Shown: in pieces, positions 60,100 to 64,000 of the stretch | Numbering within the stretch: position 1 is the stretch's first letter | Layout of the letters: the number at the start of each line of letters is the position of its first letter | NCBI GenBank assembly: GCA_010909165.1 | Contig: MU008158.1 | Span: forward strand, 3,745,331 to 3,809,330 | Reading direction: 5' to 3' | Length of the DNA stretch: 64,000 bases | DNA from: Anthoceros angustus | Lineage: Eukaryota > Plantae > Anthocerotophyta | Position numbers and translations under genes: made by a program | Notes under the pieces: model-generated | Databases searched by the model: none | What the model was told of the DNA's origin: nothing | What the model saw: the letters and a program-made list of their open reading frames with translations, nothing else

Positions 60100-63000
60100 T
60101 TTCGTGACGAGCGGGCACGCTTTCGTTTAGGAGGTGTAACAGATCCAGAGGGTCGCCCCGGAAGTTCATCACGATTCGAGCCCAACACCATCGGACTCAC
60201 CAATAGGGACATCCGGTGCATCCGAGTCCGATAAATGGGCGAAGGCATCACTCCTCCGGATGACACTTGGTCCGAGCATGCAGGGACCATCGGCTTTCCA
60301 CCGGTATTCGAATAGGTTTTCCGAATCGCTCTTGAGACTCTTTCCTCAACTCGCCTCGACGAGTGAGGTAAAGCCGTAAAGCAAAATCACGGTTTGAAAA
60401 ACAAAAGTTTGGACATTTGGTCGAACACATGCTCTTCCACGGCCTCCATGCCTTCTCCTTCTTGTAGTCCGAGCATCCCTCCCAATCTTTACTTGGTACA
60501 TATCGCCTTCAAATGCGTTGGTGTGGTTCGTCACCCACCAATGCGCTTCTAAATAAGGCATGTCGCAGAGAAATCCACATCATCCACCCTTGCAATCCGG
60601 AAGGCGGTTTGGACATCCCTTCGCAAGAACGGCAACCATCATTCCCAGGCGATCTCGCCACATCACCATTCAAAGCATCTTCTTCTCTCTCGCCTACTTG
60701 TTGGTAAGGTCCCAAGTACATCACTCTCGCATCATCGGCCTAGGCCCGACACTACTACATCCGCACCGTGAAGGGTTGTCTATTGGCCTCCGCACTTTTC
60801 CCCGCCATACCATCTCCAAGGCGTGGAGAGACGAAGATCCTTCCCTCCATCAAGGCACGGACGAGCCTCTGGTCTTTCCGAACAAGCTCCACCAAACCCG
60901 GTCCTCGCAGGATATAAGCGATGAAGCTTTCGAGACCGAAATTTGAAAAACAATTCCAGGCGCTTTGTTGCTCGTGTCCTCTTTTGGCTGTAAACCAACT
61001 AGAGGAGCCGCGAGAATGTCTGTGGTTGGAATCCTTCTCAGGAACTGAAGGCCGTCCTCCGGCTCCCACTGTATAGATGTGGAGAACTCTTTGCTTCGGA
61101 TAACTGTGACGGCCCCATGACCATACTGATCTTCTTTTGTAATCTTGAATTGATGCTGGAAAGAGATATTGTTCAGTTGCTCAACAGCAGCAAACCGGTC
61201 AAATCCTCTGGACCCTTTCTTGATTGGCCATACAAAACTTCTAAAGTTAGGCACCTCAGTAAGACACTTCACTTGAGGTCTCGGAAAATATGCCTTCTCT
61301 AAAATAGCCTGCATTTGAGGCAAAGTAAAAGCCTCCTTGCAGAGGCCGAAAATCGGCTAAACATTTGATCGATCCGGTCATGTGGTGTCCAACCATCAAG
61401 AAACCAACCTTGATCTTCTCAAAACGCCCAACTCGATAAGCATATTCAAATAAGCAAATAGTAGCTGGTTCTTGTTCTCTCTCACTGTGTTGTCTAACTG
61501 CAAGTACAACACTTTTGGAAGCACTCGGTCGTACCCAAGGATGATATCCGGATGATCCGATGGTCGATTGGAATCATTACGAAGGTTAGGAAAGGTAAGA
61601 TATACCTTGGTGGTCAAATTATAATTGTGCACCATGCACCCAACCACATGAATATTCACCTGCGAAGCGTCCGAAAAGCACTTTGGCAGCCGCAGGAAAT
61701 GCGGAAGTCCGGTCTTCTGTTGATCCATGCCGTCAATAGAGAGACCTATGTAGTGGTGTGGCTCAGCGTAGCATTTTCCTCTATGTTTGATCATCTTGGC
61801 TCGCTGCTCACACATTACGTGGTCCTCCAAGTCTTCCTCTAGTTTCTCTGCAGCCAGAATAGGCATGCACACGTTCAGTCTCGTCCTCGCCAACGGAGAC
61901 CAAGTGCCAGAAGTCGCGGATAGAAAACAAAGAACAGAAACAAGAGAACCAGAACAGACAATCTAAATTCTCCTCGGCTCGACAACGAAAGATAGTTCGA
62001 AAGGTATGCCTCTCACAAAGTGATAAACAAAAGTGATGCACGGGGAACTATGGCCATGCCGGACTCGGAGTGTAGCTCCGGACTTCCAGCCGGGGACCTC
62101 CCTTGCGAGTCTGGCATGGCCGGACGTCCGCGCCTCAATCCTCCCATCTAGGCGCAGGGCCGTGAGCGGACGTCCGGCGCATTGGGAGAATTTCTCCATC
62201 GGGCCCGTCCGGGAGGCTGCGCGGACATCAGCGCCGGAGCCTTGCTCCCAATTTGGGCCCGGAGTCACCGCCGGACGTCCGGCCTCGAGCAAATGCTCCC
62301 GGTAGCGGTCGGCCGCGCGGACGTCCGGCAGCAATGCTCTCCAGCTAGGCGGGGCGTCCGTGCTGGGAGCATTGCTCCCAGCAGTCCTGCGCCGGACGTC
62401 GCCCGTTAGCGATTCTCGCGAGTCCGCTCGAACGGATGTCCGCCTGCGCCGGACGTCAGCCTGAGCATTGCTCCCGGCGAGTCGCTCGGAGCGGATGTCC
62501 CCGCCGCGGATACGCCCACGGGAGCATTTGCTCTGCAGTAGCTGCGCGGACGTCCGGCGTGGCATTGCACCTAGCGAGGCGGTCCGGCTTCTGCGCGGAC
62601 GTCCGGCGCGCTGCTTTGCCCCCAAGTTGACGATCCCAAGAGAGCCTCGGAGATGGAAAGATGGATTGGACGGTGCATGCGGACAAAATACGTTTCGACT
62701 TACAATCATTACCATGCCACATGGTGTTAGTCCAATAGTGGATCGAGGTGTACCGCGCTTGCTGCACTGCGTGTATTTTTGATCCTCTCTTTAGGTCTTC
62801 ATGTAATAAAACGCTTAAATCGATTGACTTTGAATCTTCACCGGAAAGTGTTTGTTCCAGTTTGCAAAAGTATGAGTGGCAAATATTCGCCAGATTTGCT
62901 CGCCCATATGTCGCTTATAGTCCAAAAGATTTCCCCTTTTGTAATCTGTGAAGATTGAACACCTCCACGTTTGAAGGTCGCAAGATTCGAACAACTCCCA

Positions 63001-63300
63001 TCCAAGCCGGCTGCACTGGTAGTAGGACCTCTACGGAATCTCATGGTACGAATCAAGGTATATTGCCTCTAACTGTTTCAAGTCCTCATACCGGTATGCC
63101 GATACAATACACTCGATTTAAATGCTCACACAACAATAATACGACTTCGCCTAATATATAGTTGCTTACCGCCCGTGGAATCGTCCTGTCCCATACAATT
63201 AGCGATTGCATATGTCTCCGGATCTATCCATGTTTAGAAATCGGTATCGATCCCCGTGATATTGGTCTTTCCAAGCTTCGCGGAACACATGTGTGAGCAA
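60100..63300 (-). mobile_element. degenerate Sola-like / DUF7869-type DNA transposase gene, interrupted
   Basis: SYFCKL-WNKHFP-VKI (near 62850), LSIDGMDQQKTGLPHF, LPKVLYLQLDNTVRENKNQLLFAYL..L...G, FLMVGH..D.IDQMFSRF (frameshifted), ISFQHQFKI. Boundaries approximate; termini not found. Confidence 0.7.
62055..62612. repeat. GC-rich array of two short palindromes (CGGACGTCCG and GGGAGCAWTGCTCCC)
   Basis: About 10 exact or near copies of CGGACGTCCG, interspersed with about 5 GAGCA(A/T)TGCTC motifs. Confidence 0.85.
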
Positions 63301-64000
63301 AGCATGGTTTCAGCCTTTTCACTTTGGGTTTCTCTTTGTCACGCCTTCCAGATTCTTGAGCTTTTTTGTGGAGGATTCGCTGCAACGCTTCACTAGTGGC
63401 TTTGGGTGTCTTGTTGGCCTCTGTTCAGTTACGTTGTCGAGTCCTGCCGAGCTCGGACTTCACACTCGCTATCACAGCGCCCTCGGCACTACATCTTGAC
63501 TCATTGTTTGAGTTCCTGTCTTCCCCTTGGTCCTCTCGAATCACTCGGGTATGTGCTCTCCCTTTCTTCGCCAACCTCGGTGTGAAGCTCCCAACCAGGC
63601 TCATCGTCCTCGAGGGGCGAGCTTATCTCCTAAGAATAATGTCTTCCCGAGTTCGCCTTCTCCGTCAAAGAGTCCGCCTATTATGCCACTTTCATGTAGC
63701 TGTCGTGATCATGTGTTGGGGACTGAGTGCCTCTCAAGTCGAGCTAATTGTTTGATACGAGGTACAAATATCGCCTGGCATTTAGTTGCCATGCTTCCGA
63801 GGAGAATAGACACAAGGGCATAGGCGTTATGGGCAAAAGACAAGAATAGATAGAATACATCGCTTACCACTAGGATGTTCTTCGTAATTCCGACTTCCCC
63901 ACGAGTGTTTCCCAAATCAAGGCCATCGGAAGTTGCGTGATGGCAGGACACATTCATGCTACTTTTAGCGCATTTCCCCGACTAGGCGACGCCGAAGGTC

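Noticed and set aside
62055-62612. CRISPR-like array
   Set aside because: Short palindromes at irregular spacing in both orientations, eukaryotic context and no cas genes.
61963-62715. 250-aa Arg/Ala-rich ORF
   Set aside because: A by-product of the GC-rich palindrome array.

Overview
Eukaryotic nuclear DNA from a land plant. The short 80-120 bp spliceosomal introns, roughly balanced GC and tight gene packing suggest a bryophyte-grade, hornwort-like genome (inference only). Positions 1-10.3 kb hold the decayed 3' half of a Ty1/copia element and a PHL/SPT20-like gene. That gene is broken in its conserved N-terminal domain but keeps a 3-kb open exon built from nested tandem repeats, including a 492-bp/164-aa Q-rich unit. 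Positions 11.7-45 kb are a gene-dense cell-surface signalling neighbourhood: four malectin-like-domain LRR receptor kinases (one predicted pseudokinase, one head-to-head paralog pair), an orphan LRR-TM relic, an L-type lectin receptor kinase pseudogene, a secreted polyamine oxidase head-to-head with a plastid membrane-protein gene, and an intronless NRAMP. Positions 45-64 kb are transposon debris: a complete gag+protease-only LTR element (TR-GAG-like, with TSD) nested in an older ORF, tandem duplications, and two degenerate DNA transposases of types mainly described from fungi/animals (IS3EU-like and Sola/DUF7869-like). Gene models were spliced by eye and family assignments come from remembered motifs, not database searches. 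No rRNA, tRNA or CRISPR was found.
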